DNA of 64,000 nt from Escherichia phage rV5_ev147. The stretch lies in the sequence record LR597647. One strand, given 5' to 3'. The first letter of the stretch is position 1. Every line of letters begins with the position of its first letter. Below, one piece after another: positions 19,643 through 28,769 of this stretch. The notes under the pieces were generated by a model. That model was not told the origin of the DNA. It did no database searches and saw nothing but the letters and a program-made list of their open reading frames with translations. A program made the translations under genes and the position numbers.

Positions 19643-19882
19643 ATGTACAAGTCATTTTCAATCTACTCAAGACAGGCGAAACACTGCACAGAGATCCTGA
19701 TCACTCAGAAAAAATCTGTGGAAGGTGAGTGGGAATATCACCATAAAATGTTGCGTCCAGACTGGGTTTTTGATAGACTTATTGCTATGATCCCTCTCGG
19801 AGAAGTATACCCTCTGACAGCCCATCGCGATGCTTGGGATTTAATTGATTACATAGATTCATTTAAGGAGCCTAGATTATGA
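19643..19882 (+). CDS. hypothetical protein
   Basis: RBS agggggt before ATG 19643; promoter-like TTGACA 19589. Confidence 0.4.
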   Translation: MYKSFSIYSRQAKHCTEILITQKKSVEGEWEYHHKMLRPDWVFDRLIAMIPLGEVYPLTAHRDAWDLIDYIDSFKEPRL

Positions 19883-20277
19883 AGATTGAGATTACTAAAG
19901 AAGGTAAGAAAGTGTCCGGCAACTATGCAACAGTAATTCGGGATTTAATGTTTGAAGCCACCAAGATCGGTACATCTAAAGTTGGTCAAACTGTTAGTGT
20001 GAAAAGTAATATCTCCACAGGAGAGAAGGTATTCATTGTGGTCAAAGGGCAGGATCCCGTGGAAGGAACAGTGGGCCGAGGTGGCTACCTGTGCATTTCT
20101 GAAGAGCCGCGTATGTTAGTGGCTGACGCTACTATGGGTGGGAAACGTGTGTGCGAGGCGGATGAGGTAATGATTATCCAACCTGTTGATCCAGATGACC
20201 CAGCAACTTGGGTGGTAGGAAATGAAATCTTCTCTTTAGAAGAGTTATCCTTCCCAGCACCGCGCTCTGTTCAGTAA
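19879..20277 (+). CDS. hypothetical protein (possible distant member of small-protein family 1)
   Basis: MKIEIT N-terminus. Confidence 0.4.
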   Translation: MKIEITKEGKKVSGNYATVIRDLMFEATKIGTSKVGQTVSVKSNISTGEKVFIVVKGQDPVEGTVGRGGYLCISEEPRMLVADATMGGKRVCEADEVMIIQPVDPDDPATWVVGNEIFSLEELSFPAPRSVQ

Positions 20278-20314
20278 TAATTTATCTTACCAGGGACGGT
20301 AGGTAGGAGGTAGC

Positions 20315-20548
20315 ATGAAAGTTAAATTTCTTACAGATTTAGGGTACCCTTCCTTGGTTGACTGTGTTGGTAAAATTGTGGAAGCAAAACGGCTATCTGC
20401 AAACGAGAATGTTGTCCTGGTTAAAGGGAAGGATTTACTAGCTGCAGGTGCAGAGTCTGGCAGGATCTCTCCTGATTATATGTATTACCTATCTTTAAGT
20501 AATCTGCCAGAGCGAGGCGGTAAAGGCCTTGAAGTTGTGGAGGAGTGA
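20315..20548 (+). CDS. small acidic protein, paralog family 1
   Basis: MKVKF..GKDLLAAGA..EVVEE. Confidence 0.5.
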   Translation: MKVKFLTDLGYPSLVDCVGKIVEAKRLSANENVVLVKGKDLLAAGAESGRISPDYMYYLSLSNLPERGGKGLEVVEE

Positions 20549-21078
20549 CAGGTATGCTTCTGATTAACTGGGAAGACCTCTATGGGGACAAAGACCCTGT
20601 TGCGTTTGTTGATCGTAGGTGGAGATACACTGAAGAACAACTGGCGGCAAAAAATTTAACTGCAAAACGCAGAAAGATCATCCAGTGCAAGTACAAATAC
20701 GCACAGTTTGCTGCAAAAGTGTCTCCACAAATCGAGAACTTTGTGCTTAAATTGTATGACGAGTACCTCAAATTCAAATTGGATTTTGTGCAGGTGTACC
20801 GTGCACAGGTACGACCAGATACCAACATATGTAGATGGAAGGTTGTTTGTGAAGGTAAAGATTTGCCGCTCAGCTTGACAATTGAGTGGCGTTATGGGTA
20901 TCATGAGTGTGGTCTGTATGATATTTGGGATGTCATTGTAGATCCTGCTAAGCATCTGAACACAGAGGAGCTGGAATATATCAATAAGGTTATTCTCGAT
21001 ATGTTTTTCAGCTACACACATGAAAACTCTGAGAAAGAACGGGATAATTTTCTTGACACCCTCAGCGACCATTTGTAG
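20545..21078 (+). CDS. hypothetical protein
   Basis: ORF. Confidence 0.45.
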   Translation: MTGMLLINWEDLYGDKDPVAFVDRRWRYTEEQLAAKNLTAKRRKIIQCKYKYAQFAAKVSPQIENFVLKLYDEYLKFKLDFVQVYRAQVRPDTNICRWKVVCEGKDLPLSLTIEWRYGYHECGLYDIWDVIVDPAKHLNTEELEYINKVILDMFFSYTHENSEKERDNFLDTLSDHL

Positions 21079-21108
21079 TATACAATTTAACCTACAAAGG
21101 GAGGACCA

Positions 21109-21336
21109 ATGAGTATAAATGTTGTGCTAATAGGTTACCTGGTAATGTCCGTTATAACAGCGGTATTCTTGACAGGTGTATGCATCGTGTCCAGACGAAG
21201 GGTGAAGTTTGATGATTTTATCACCATCATCACTGCTGCACCTTTTTGGCCTGTTGTTATCTTCATCGTAATAATGTGCCTAGTTGATTACTACAAGAAT
21301 ATCAGGAAGGAGAGTAGGGATGGAGACCGCACCTAA
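21109..21336 (+). CDS. small membrane protein
   Basis: two hydrophobic segments; RBS aagggagg. Confidence 0.45.
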   Translation: MSINVVLIGYLVMSVITAVFLTGVCIVSRRRVKFDDFITIITAAPFWPVVIFIVIMCLVDYYKNIRKESRDGDRT

Positions 21337-21472
21337 AACTATCTATACTGTTCTTAAAGAGATTGCGTTCTACGCAGATCTTAGCCAGGCACCTTTATGG
21401 GAAAAGAGCATGTATTTAAAATGGTGCGTTAATTTAGGGAGACCTTCCAGTGTTTCAAGCCATGTTTATTGA
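21320..21472 (+). CDS. hypothetical small protein
   Basis: RBS aggaaggag before ATG 21320. Confidence 0.3.
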   Translation: METAPKTIYTVLKEIAFYADLSQAPLWEKSMYLKWCVNLGRPSSVSSHVY

Positions 21473-21555
21473 GATGCTATCTGGGATATTGTTACTGGTA
21501 GCCATCTTAGGTGGTGCAGTTCTGATGTATAACTATCTTGAAAAAGGAGACAGCA

Positions 21556-21741
21556 ATGGTAAAAAATAAATCTTTAGAGCAGGCTGAAAACCTTCTCCAC
21601 GAGCTGGTAAAGGAGTGGAAAGTTGAATACTCAGATTTTAATGCACGAGAGGGTGAAGATTATTGGCCTACGGAGCGCTCAGAGGGCGAATGGTATCAAG
21701 ATTTTATAGAGTGGTTATATCAGACGTGCGATGAGGGGTGA
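21556..21741 (+). CDS. hypothetical acidic protein
   Basis: RBS aaaggaga before ATG 21556. Confidence 0.4.
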   Translation: MVKNKSLEQAENLLHELVKEWKVEYSDFNAREGEDYWPTERSEGEWYQDFIEWLYQTCDEG

Positions 21742-22208
21742 CGATGTTTGTTAAATATGTAAAAACGTGCCTCAACAGTCTTGGCAGAGAGCATTGGTAC
21801 ACCTTGCTTGAAAAAGGGGAAATTTTAACAAAATCTGGAAAGATAACTTTGATACCTCTTGATAGTAAAGGTAAAGACCCGTCACGACTTGTTATAGATG
21901 ATTACGTTACAGGTGTGACGTTCGAGGTCTCTGTGGAGAGGTTAATACGCAGAGCTGGCGGCCCTTATGACCGAAGAGAGTATGTTTTCGATTCCGTTAC
22001 AGAGATGGGGGAGCATCCGTCTTTAATGTTCAGGATGGTAATCAGAGATATGAGGTCATCTATAGATAGGATCGTAAAGGACATTAAGGAACCTTTTAGA
22101 GTAAAAGTTAAGAAGTTTTTCGATTCTAAGATTAACATACTCGCCGTTGCACTAGGTGTAGTTCAACTTCTGTTAATTTTGCACTATTTTGAACTACTAT
22201 TTAAGTAG
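21738..22208 (+). CDS. hypothetical protein with C-terminal hydrophobic anchor
   Basis: ORF; C-terminal ILAVALGVVQLLLIL. Confidence 0.45.
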   Translation: MTMFVKYVKTCLNSLGREHWYTLLEKGEILTKSGKITLIPLDSKGKDPSRLVIDDYVTGVTFEVSVERLIRRAGGPYDRREYVFDSVTEMGEHPSLMFRMVIRDMRSSIDRIVKDIKEPFRVKVKKFFDSKINILAVALGVVQLLLILHYFELLFK

Positions 22209-22270
22209 TAGTTGAGATATGGCACAAAGGATGTGCCATAGTGAAATAAACTAAGAAAGAGGTAGAGAGA

Positions 22271-22618
22271 ATGCCAAAGATTAAAACGTTATTACTGTGG
22301 GTAGCTGTTTTAGCTTTTATAGGGTACTGGACTTGGGAAACTGAATTAAAAGATATCGGATATACCAGTCTTGAGAGCAAGGCGTGCATTGGCATAACCG
22401 ATGCGTTCAGGCAAAATGCTATGGATCACGAATGTGTTGATGCAGATATAGATGAGAAACTGTCTAAGGACAAAGATTTTTACCATGGGCATGCTTTACT
22501 TGATAGTGGTGACACTGTAGAGTTCTGGTCGTGGTTTCGTGAAGATGGAACAATAAAAACAGCAGTAAAGATCTCTAACAAAGAGTTAATGCTGTTGCAG
22601 CAAAAGGAGGCTCAATGA
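22271..22618 (+). CDS. hypothetical protein with N-terminal TM/signal segment
   Basis: RBS agaggtagagag; TLLLWVAVLAFIGYWTW. Confidence 0.45.
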   Translation: MPKIKTLLLWVAVLAFIGYWTWETELKDIGYTSLESKACIGITDAFRQNAMDHECVDADIDEKLSKDKDFYHGHALLDSGDTVEFWSWFREDGTIKTAVKISNKELMLLQQKEAQ

Positions 22619-22902
22619 TCTGGATATCCTATGCTGATGGCACCATGCTGTATACTGCAGGTACCAGATATGAAGTTCAGGAGAACGATAAAAAATTTAT
22701 CGTAAAAACATTTGACAAGGACGACAACCTTTTGCTAGAATTGACTTACAAAGTTGGAGAGGTATCCAATATCCAGTTGGATTGTGGTCATAAAGATAAT
22801 CCACTCAAAAAACCTGGAGTAGGTAAGGCTTCAGAAGAACGTCTGTCTCGTATTGCAGAAAGCGTTTCTCCCCAAAAATCTAAGAAGAGGACTAGAAAAT
22901 GA
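22615..22902 (+). CDS. hypothetical protein
   Basis: overlapping stop/start. Confidence 0.45.
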   Translation: MIWISYADGTMLYTAGTRYEVQENDKKFIVKTFDKDDNLLLELTYKVGEVSNIQLDCGHKDNPLKKPGVGKASEERLSRIAESVSPQKSKKRTRK

Positions 22903-23093
22903 AAAACTTACGTTTTAACACTTATTACTACAACACATTGAATGATTTGTATTATATTGTTCGAAGTAAAAGTCCTGAAACAGTCCTATTCTGCCGCGAA
23001 CCTTTCAAAGGGGAGGAAGTAGAGTCTGAGATGAATGTTAGCCAGATCACCTCTTTGTTGCTCTCAGGCGCAATGGAAGAAGCAATATTCTAA
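22899..23093 (+). CDS. hypothetical protein
   Basis: ORF. Confidence 0.4.
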   Translation: MKNLRFNTYYYNTLNDLYYIVRSKSPETVLFCREPFKGEEVESEMNVSQITSLLLSGAMEEAIF

Positions 23094-23111
23094 ACCAGGC
23101 AGGAGGGTTTT

Positions 23112-23300
23112 ATGAAGCACTATTGCCTGTCTGGTAGAATGGGTGCAGATTGTGATTGGGTTTTCTTAAAACTTGTCAGCATTCGAGAGTTCATCCCAGA
23201 GGAAGAGCAAGAAAGCGAGCTGATGTCATGGATCAACCATTACGGTAACACTTTTCGGCATGTTAAGGTAGAAGAGTTGCCAAGCGAGGCTGAATTATGA
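23112..23300 (+). CDS. hypothetical protein
   Basis: RBS aggagggt. Confidence 0.4.
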   Translation: MKHYCLSGRMGADCDWVFLKLVSIREFIPEEEQESELMSWINHYGNTFRHVKVEELPSEAEL

Positions 23301-23593
23301 AACTTTTTGAGTGGTTTAAAAAGTTTAAATATAAAGCTGTAGCCATCGTGCCGTGGTCCATTCAGTGGGTTGATGAAGGTGGTCTACCGATACCTGGTGA
23401 CAAAGATACTGGGTACTGGATTATGATGGAGAACGGGTTTGGAAAGCGAAAGTATACGTGCACAAACTCTACTCGATCTGCACTTAATAGAGTGCCTGGT
23501 TACAAACTTATGGTTGTGTGGAAAATGTCAGGCGTGCCTCCAGCCAATGCTCAATTTCTTACTGACAATCCGACCACGGTAGAGGGAGATTGA
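23297..23593 (+). CDS. hypothetical protein
   Basis: ORF. Confidence 0.45.
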   Translation: MKLFEWFKKFKYKAVAIVPWSIQWVDEGGLPIPGDKDTGYWIMMENGFGKRKYTCTNSTRSALNRVPGYKLMVVWKMSGVPPANAQFLTDNPTTVEGD

Positions 23594-23877
23594 TAATGAA
23601 AAAGATTAACAGTAGTGAAGTAGAGTTTAAACTTGTCGGAAAAGGCACTTACTGGGAAGTTCGTCAAAAGGTATATTTGTTCGGTCTTATTCCCTACTGG
23701 TCTAAATTCTACTGGGGAGCTAACGAGTTGGGAAGATACGCCACCAAATCAATGGCACTTATTGGTATAGCAGAGTACATTGCAGCCCGAGACAGGGTTG
23801 GAACCACTTATTACTACACTGCTGACGATATTCGTAACAGTGTTTACGTCCCACAACCACCTGATGGAGACCGTTGA
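23590..23877 (+). CDS. hypothetical protein
   Basis: ORF. Confidence 0.45.
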   Translation: MIMKKINSSEVEFKLVGKGTYWEVRQKVYLFGLIPYWSKFYWGANELGRYATKSMALIGIAEYIAARDRVGTTYYYTADDIRNSVYVPQPPDGDR

Positions 23878-24101
23878 TGAAAGTTAAAGTTTTAGATTCA
23901 AGCTTCTATATTGGTCAGGAGCCTTTAGTAGGAAAAGTGTTTACTGCTGTCCCTAACGAAGATTACCCTGACCTTTTAAAAATAAAAGGAGCAGATCTTA
24001 TTGCCGCTGGTGCATCTCAGGAATGCTTTGACAGTCAGTGGACCTATAACTTTGCCCTAGGTGAGGATGTAGAGGTAGTGGAGGACGATCATGAAGGTTA
24101 A
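23874..24101 (+). CDS. small acidic protein, paralog family 1
   Basis: MKVKVL..GADLIAAGA..EVVEDD. Confidence 0.5.
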   Translation: MMKVKVLDSSFYIGQEPLVGKVFTAVPNEDYPDLLKIKGADLIAAGASQECFDSQWTYNFALGEDVEVVEDDHEG

Positions 24102-24345
24102 AATTCTTGATTCTAACGTCTACTTGGGACAATCCTTCCTGAATGGAAAGGTCGTTCCTGCGGTATACTTTGAAGGGTTGCCGTGGGATGATCCTGTGCG
24201 GCAACATCACAGTTATGTAGGCCACAACGTGGTGTTTATCTTGGGATCAGACCTGATCACCGCTGGTGCACCTGAATATTATTTCGGGGAAGAGTCCTAT
24301 TATGCCTTTGGGGCAGGGTCAGATGCAGATATTGTAGAACTGTGA
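24091..24345 (+). CDS. small acidic protein, paralog family 1
   Basis: MKVKIL..GSDLITAGA..IVEL. Confidence 0.5.
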   Translation: MKVKILDSNVYLGQSFLNGKVVPAVYFEGLPWDDPVRQHHSYVGHNVVFILGSDLITAGAPEYYFGEESYYAFGAGSDADIVEL

Positions 24346-24357
24346 TGGGTAACCGTT

Positions 24358-24756
24358 GTGAAAAATAAACTATTCAAAGTTACAATGAAAATTCGCGGAG
24401 CTTGGAGCGTAAAGCAAGGGCGTATCCCAGAATTTGAGAAAGACTTCTACGTAGTCTCCACCTCGGAGGAGGCTGCATGCTGGCAGGCTGGCTATGCCTA
24501 TGCAAGAACCTGGTACGAAGGATACCAGACCGGGGGATATGACGGAGAAATTATCAGCAGGGGTGTGGAAGAAATTAATGTGTTGACAAGTGAAAAAGTT
24601 TTTGTTATAGTGCATCCAGATTCCAGAGTGAAGCATTACTGGAACGCCAGAACAAAAACTTGGACACCGTTTGCAGATTCTGCTACGCCACTTTTAAACC
24701 AGAAAGCTCTTGACTCTGCCCCAAGTTATGGGATTGTTGAAGAAAAGCTAAACTGA
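24358..24756 (+). CDS. hypothetical protein, paralog family 2 (start uncertain)
   Basis: C-terminal HPDSRVKHYWNARTKTWTP shared with ORF 26562-26957. Confidence 0.45.
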   Translation: MKNKLFKVTMKIRGAWSVKQGRIPEFEKDFYVVSTSEEAACWQAGYAYARTWYEGYQTGGYDGEIISRGVEEINVLTSEKVFVIVHPDSRVKHYWNARTKTWTPFADSATPLLNQKALDSAPSYGIVEEKLN

Positions 24757-24773
24757 AACAGTGAGGTACTAAC

Positions 24774-25064
24774 ATGATGGATTTAGTTCTGGACACGGAT
24801 AACACCGGAGAGTTTAAAAAGGATGGTGTAACAAGCGTTGACCAATCCTTCCCTGCCAAGATTGACTCAAAATGGACCTACAAGTTTGATGGAGAGATCT
24901 TCGCAAATGATGAGAAGGTTGTAGATGCTGCAGCCATTTTGAACGCTCTAGGGTACGACCCTGTGAATTCTTTGATCAAGGATCCTGTTGAGTTTGCAGA
25001 GTATGTTCGAAAAATGGCAGATCTTGCTGTGGATATTTTAAAAACTATCGACGACAAGCTGTAA
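24774..25064 (+). CDS. hypothetical acidic protein
   Basis: RBS gtgaggt. Confidence 0.45.
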   Translation: MMDLVLDTDNTGEFKKDGVTSVDQSFPAKIDSKWTYKFDGEIFANDEKVVDAAAILNALGYDPVNSLIKDPVEFAEYVRKMADLAVDILKTIDDKL

Positions 25065-25070
25065 AAACTG

Positions 25071-25099
25071 TTGACACAACGCTTCAGATTTAGTATCAT
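25071..25099 (+). promoter_or_regulatory. sigma70-like promoter (TTGACA-17-TATCAT) followed by leader hairpin
   Basis: hexamers plus hairpin AGAGGG-tttggtt-CCCTCT at 25110-25135. Confidence 0.5.
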
Positions 25100-25146
25100 T
25101 GTTTTAAAAGAGGGTTTGGTTCCCTCTTCTTTAAAAGGAACACGTT

Positions 25147-25464
25147 ATGCAAATTGAAATCACTGGCAACGTAGAAATCACTGAAGGTATGGTGTCTTTC
25201 ATTTCCCACAAAATGTCTAAGCTGGAGCGTTTGCACCCATCTGCCAACTATGCACGTGTGAGTGTAAAAGTTGAAAATGATCACCAGGAAGTTATGGCGT
25301 TCATTTTTGACAATTCTGGAAAAGAAGTTATTGCCAAGGCTAAAGGCAGTGATGCTTACGAGGCAACTGACCGTATGGTAGATGTTGCAGCACGTCAGCT
25401 GGCTAAATGCGGTGGAAAGAAAGGTAAGGGGAAAGGCAAAGTAAAGATTGACTTTGGAGAATGA
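25147..25464 (+). CDS. hpf: ribosome hibernation promoting factor / RaiA (YfiA) family homolog
   Basis: MQIEITGNVEITEGM...KLERL...VSVKVEN...G.DAYEA.DRMVDVAARQLAK follows E. coli HPF (MQLNITGNNVEITEAL...) along its length. Confidence 0.8.
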   Translation: MQIEITGNVEITEGMVSFISHKMSKLERLHPSANYARVSVKVENDHQEVMAFIFDNSGKEVIAKAKGSDAYEATDRMVDVAARQLAKCGGKKGKGKGKVKIDFGE

Positions 25465-25601
25465 GGTGCTACAATGGGTGTGATTGAGAAATTAGTCCCA
25501 AATGTAGAGATTGCATGCTTTGAAATTATGTTTGCAATCGCAGTTGTAGTTAATGTGTTAGGTTACGGCTATTAATATCAAATAATTGAGGAGACCTCTA
25601 A

Positions 25602-25871
25602 ATGAAAATTAAATTATTCAAAACTGAGCTGGCAGACAAAAATTGTGGTCTGGTTGAAGGCATGATTGTTGAAGCACAACCAGTGGACTATATGAAGGTG
25701 GTTCGTGATGCCCTGGGTGAAGGTTTTGATCTGATGGAGCCAGCCCTGCGGGAAGATGTTATCGAGATGGCTAAAAAGCACACACCTGAAGGTTTGGTGG
25801 TGTTTATTGCACCGGGTAACGGAGAAGAGTTGATTGTAACTCCTGATGTGTATGAGATTGTAGAGGAATAA
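25602..25871 (+). CDS. small acidic protein, paralog family 1
   Basis: MKIKLF..C-terminal YEIVEE. Confidence 0.5.
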   Translation: MKIKLFKTELADKNCGLVEGMIVEAQPVDYMKVVRDALGEGFDLMEPALREDVIEMAKKHTPEGLVVFIAPGNGEELIVTPDVYEIVEE

Positions 25872-25961
25872 TCCTGCTTGGATTAGCATACTTCCTCGAT
25901 AAGGAAGGTTTGTAATTATTTGTGGGAAAGGAATCCCATCTCTTACCAGAGGTGATACTAT

Positions 25962-26225
25962 ATGATTGTTTATTTTAAAACTTCAGGTGGATACCCTGAT
26001 TCTCAAAGCTTGATCGGAAAAACGTGCACAGCATACTCACCTCTTGATGAGGAGGTAAGCGATATTCTACGAAATATGTATCGGATTGATCCCCAAGAAG
26101 CTTTTGATCAAAACCTTGTATTTGTCAAGGGCTCAGACATGAAGTCTTTGGGAGCATTCCCTGAAGCAGATGATGATGCCGTTTATTCGTTCATGACCCC
26201 TTTTGAAGCTATGGTTGTTGGGTGA
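25962..26225 (+). CDS. small acidic protein, paralog family 1 (divergent)
   Basis: VFVKGSDMKSLGA segment. Confidence 0.45.
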   Translation: MIVYFKTSGGYPDSQSLIGKTCTAYSPLDEEVSDILRNMYRIDPQEAFDQNLVFVKGSDMKSLGAFPEADDDAVYSFMTPFEAMVVG

Positions 26226-26229
26226 TAAT

Positions 26230-26562
26230 ATGAAAGTACGCTTTATTGGTGAAACAATTCCTGTGCATCTCAGGTCGCCTGAAGATTCTGCGGATCTTGC
26301 ATCTCAGAAGGCGAGAGGTTATGATAAGAAAGTAATCTCAACCGATGTAGAACTTGAGGCTACTAGTCTACCTGACCCTGCTGCATTCTTTAATCATTAT
26401 GGATACTATTTCAGCAATCTGATGAATATCGGTGAGCTTGTGTTTATTAGTGGTGGAGAAATTGTTAGCAAGCTTGGCGGCGATCCGGATATCTTTCATG
26501 AAACCTGTCCTTTTGCATTTGTGGTAGGTTCAGATGTGGAAGTTATTGAGGAGGTGCGGTAA
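26230..26562 (+). CDS. small acidic protein, paralog family 1
   Basis: MKVRF..VVGSDVEVIEE. Confidence 0.45.
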   Translation: MKVRFIGETIPVHLRSPEDSADLASQKARGYDKKVISTDVELEATSLPDPAAFFNHYGYYFSNLMNIGELVFISGGEIVSKLGGDPDIFHETCPFAFVVGSDVEVIEEVR

Positions 26563-26957
26563 TGGTAAGCCTATACCGTGTTGAGTATAGCTCAGATACT
26601 GTATACAACGTAAGAAGCAAAGATCGCAGCGACAGAGTGCAAGAAATGTATGTTCTTGCCGACAGTCCGTTATCTGCAGCGTTCAAGGCAGGGGCTCTTG
26701 CATCTCGTTGGAAATTTGAAGGTGGATCTTTCTATGAAGAAACCCTTGAAGATTCTGTTGTTATTTCTTCTGTAGAGGTTTCAGATGACTACGAAGGGAA
26801 AAAGTTCGTAATGCGGCACCCACACAGCAACATTGCGTACTACTGGGATGTTCTGAACAACGAGTGGACCCCAGATCTTCAGAAGGCTACTGTGCTAACA
26901 CCGTTTTTGGCAGATAAGTTCCCACCAGAAGGTAATTTATCCGCACTGTTTCAGTAA
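26562..26957 (+). CDS. hypothetical protein, paralog family 2
   Basis: HPHSNIAYYWDVLNNEWTP shared with 24358-24756. Confidence 0.45.
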   Translation: MVSLYRVEYSSDTVYNVRSKDRSDRVQEMYVLADSPLSAAFKAGALASRWKFEGGSFYEETLEDSVVISSVEVSDDYEGKKFVMRHPHSNIAYYWDVLNNEWTPDLQKATVLTPFLADKFPPEGNLSALFQ

Positions 26958-26974
26958 TTTTCTTGCACACAGGT

Positions 26975-27004
26975 GTTGACAACGCCAACCCTGTGTGAAA
27001 TAAT
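26975..27004 (+). promoter_or_regulatory. promoter (TTGACA-18-AATAAT) bracketed by 8-bp inverted repeat CACACAGG/CCTGTGTG
   Basis: IR at 26967-26974 and 26990-26997 flanks the -35. Confidence 0.45.
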
Positions 27005-27033
27005 ACCTTCATCTTAACAAGACAGGGGACCGA

Positions 27034-27294
27034 TTGATGAAGATTAAATTGAAAAACCTTGAAACGGCAGAGATTCAGGACGGTGTTGATTTCCGTTCTA
27101 AAGATGGTGACATCTTAGAGGTAAATATTCCAACCTACGAGCTGATTAAAGGTTTTGGCAACGTTCCGGAAGAGGATATTACAGAAATTCTTATGATGTT
27201 GATTCTTGACGGAACTGTGTTTGTAGGTGAAGGTGAGAACGCTATTGCAATCCCAGGCCATTTTTATGAAGTAGTTGACGAAGAGGTGCTGTAA
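27034..27294 (+). CDS. small acidic protein, paralog family 1
   Basis: MKIKLKN..YEVVDEEVL. Confidence 0.5.
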   Translation: MMKIKLKNLETAEIQDGVDFRSKDGDILEVNIPTYELIKGFGNVPEEDITEILMMLILDGTVFVGEGENAIAIPGHFYEVVDEEVL

Positions 27295-27645
27295 ATGAAA
27301 GTAGAAATTACCGGTTTTGATGTGAATGTGGTTCCGGAAGATATTTTAGCTAAACTTCCAGAAGGTTTTGGTAACGGCGTTGTGGTGGATGCTGTTCCTC
27401 CTACCAAAGACATTCTGCTGCAGTATGGTGTAGCAGAGGAAGATGTCGATAAAGTTCTTACAATGATGGCAATCGATCGTGTTGTCGTTGTTAAAGGTCT
27501 CGATAATTTTGAGAGTGATCCCCTGATTATTCGTGGAGATGACTACAAAATCATCGATAATGAAGGCCAAGAGTTCTATGAACCTTGTGCAGAAGATATT
27601 CTTAACTTATTACTGGAAGCAGGTACCGAAGAGGAGGACGAATAA
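27295..27645 (+). CDS. small acidic protein, paralog family 1
   Basis: MKVEITG, very acidic C-terminus. Confidence 0.5.
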   Translation: MKVEITGFDVNVVPEDILAKLPEGFGNGVVVDAVPPTKDILLQYGVAEEDVDKVLTMMAIDRVVVVKGLDNFESDPLIIRGDDYKIIDNEGQEFYEPCAEDILNLLLEAGTEEEDE

Positions 27646-27974
27646 TGAAGATTGACCCGTTACTGAAGGCTCGTGCAGAAAAAGCGTACACCATTAAGTT
27701 GACCAACTTGGTTCCTACTTGTCATCCGGATGTAGGTTGGCCCGAAGGTTTGGTGGAGGGAACTGTAACAGCTGCATACCTTCCTAACATCAAATACCTC
27801 ATGGAAATCTTGGAGCTGGATGAGGAAACGGCAGAAGAGTTCCAGTTGGACATGAAACAAAGTGGGACTCTGGTTATTCACGGGTGGTACAATACTAAAG
27901 ATGCAGAAGACCCTCTGGTAACTTCTAATCTGGCATATGAAATCTTAGGGCCTTTGAACCTGGAGGAAGACTAA
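27645..27974 (+). CDS. hypothetical acidic protein
   Basis: ATGA overlap. Confidence 0.45.
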   Translation: MKIDPLLKARAEKAYTIKLTNLVPTCHPDVGWPEGLVEGTVTAAYLPNIKYLMEILELDEETAEEFQLDMKQSGTLVIHGWYNTKDAEDPLVTSNLAYEILGPLNLEED

Positions 27975-28261
27975 TGAAAGATCTGGTTAAGATTAAGATT
28001 AAAGATACCAATGGAGAACTCAGCCATTTTGGAATTAATGATGGTGACGAGCTGATCGCACACCTGCCTACCAAGGAGGTTGTAAGCAAAGCAGTTGCCG
28101 GAGAAGAAGCTGCAATGCAGGCTGCAGGTGTGGATGAAAACTATGTAGCTATGTGCATGTGCCGAGATCAGGTTGTTCTGTATAAAGCGTATCGACCAAA
28201 CGGAGCCACGGAGTGGCTTGTATTCCGACCCGAAGGATATGAAATCTTAGAGGCACTATGA
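27974..28261 (+). CDS. hypothetical protein
   Basis: ATGA overlap. Confidence 0.45.
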   Translation: MKDLVKIKIKDTNGELSHFGINDGDELIAHLPTKEVVSKAVAGEEAAMQAAGVDENYVAMCMCRDQVVLYKAYRPNGATEWLVFRPEGYEILEAL

Positions 28262-28350
28262 TAAATCTTGCCAAGGTTGCAACGGCACTGTTAATTATTT
28301 GCTGGTCAGTAACCTTAACACTGTGTCTTGTATTTCAGTGAGGTGCTTGT

Positions 28351-28614
28351 ATGAACATCCTGATGTGGGTTATAGCAGTGGCGTTTGTTGCATGTTTTTG
28401 CTGCTGGGTTGCGGTGAGGATTTCTGTAGCTACCCTTCGGAAGTTGGGGTTCTCAGAATGGGATATTAATATCCTTTCTTTTCGCAATGAAACAATCTCA
28501 GCCGCCCTGCTTTGTAAGAAATTTAAGTGGGAACCTTGTGAGGTCATGAGCTATCTAAGAACAGGCGATATCCCTGAAAGATTTAAAAAAGTTCTTGACG
28601 GCAAGGATAAATGA
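28351..28614 (+). CDS. small membrane protein
   Basis: N-terminal TM ILMWVIAVAFVACFCCWVAV. Confidence 0.45.
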   Translation: MNILMWVIAVAFVACFCCWVAVRISVATLRKLGFSEWDINILSFRNETISAALLCKKFKWEPCEVMSYLRTGDIPERFKKVLDGKDK

Positions 28615-28769
28615 CAGTATAGTGACTAACAAGAGGTGAGGGGTGACTGATTTTACTGAAGCTTTAATGATGGCCTTGTCTGTTTTAGCGCTATCGGTGT
28701 GTTTTGGGGCGTTATTCACATCTCTGGTTAAAGTTTTACATACAGTATTATTACCCAAGGAGCGCAGTA

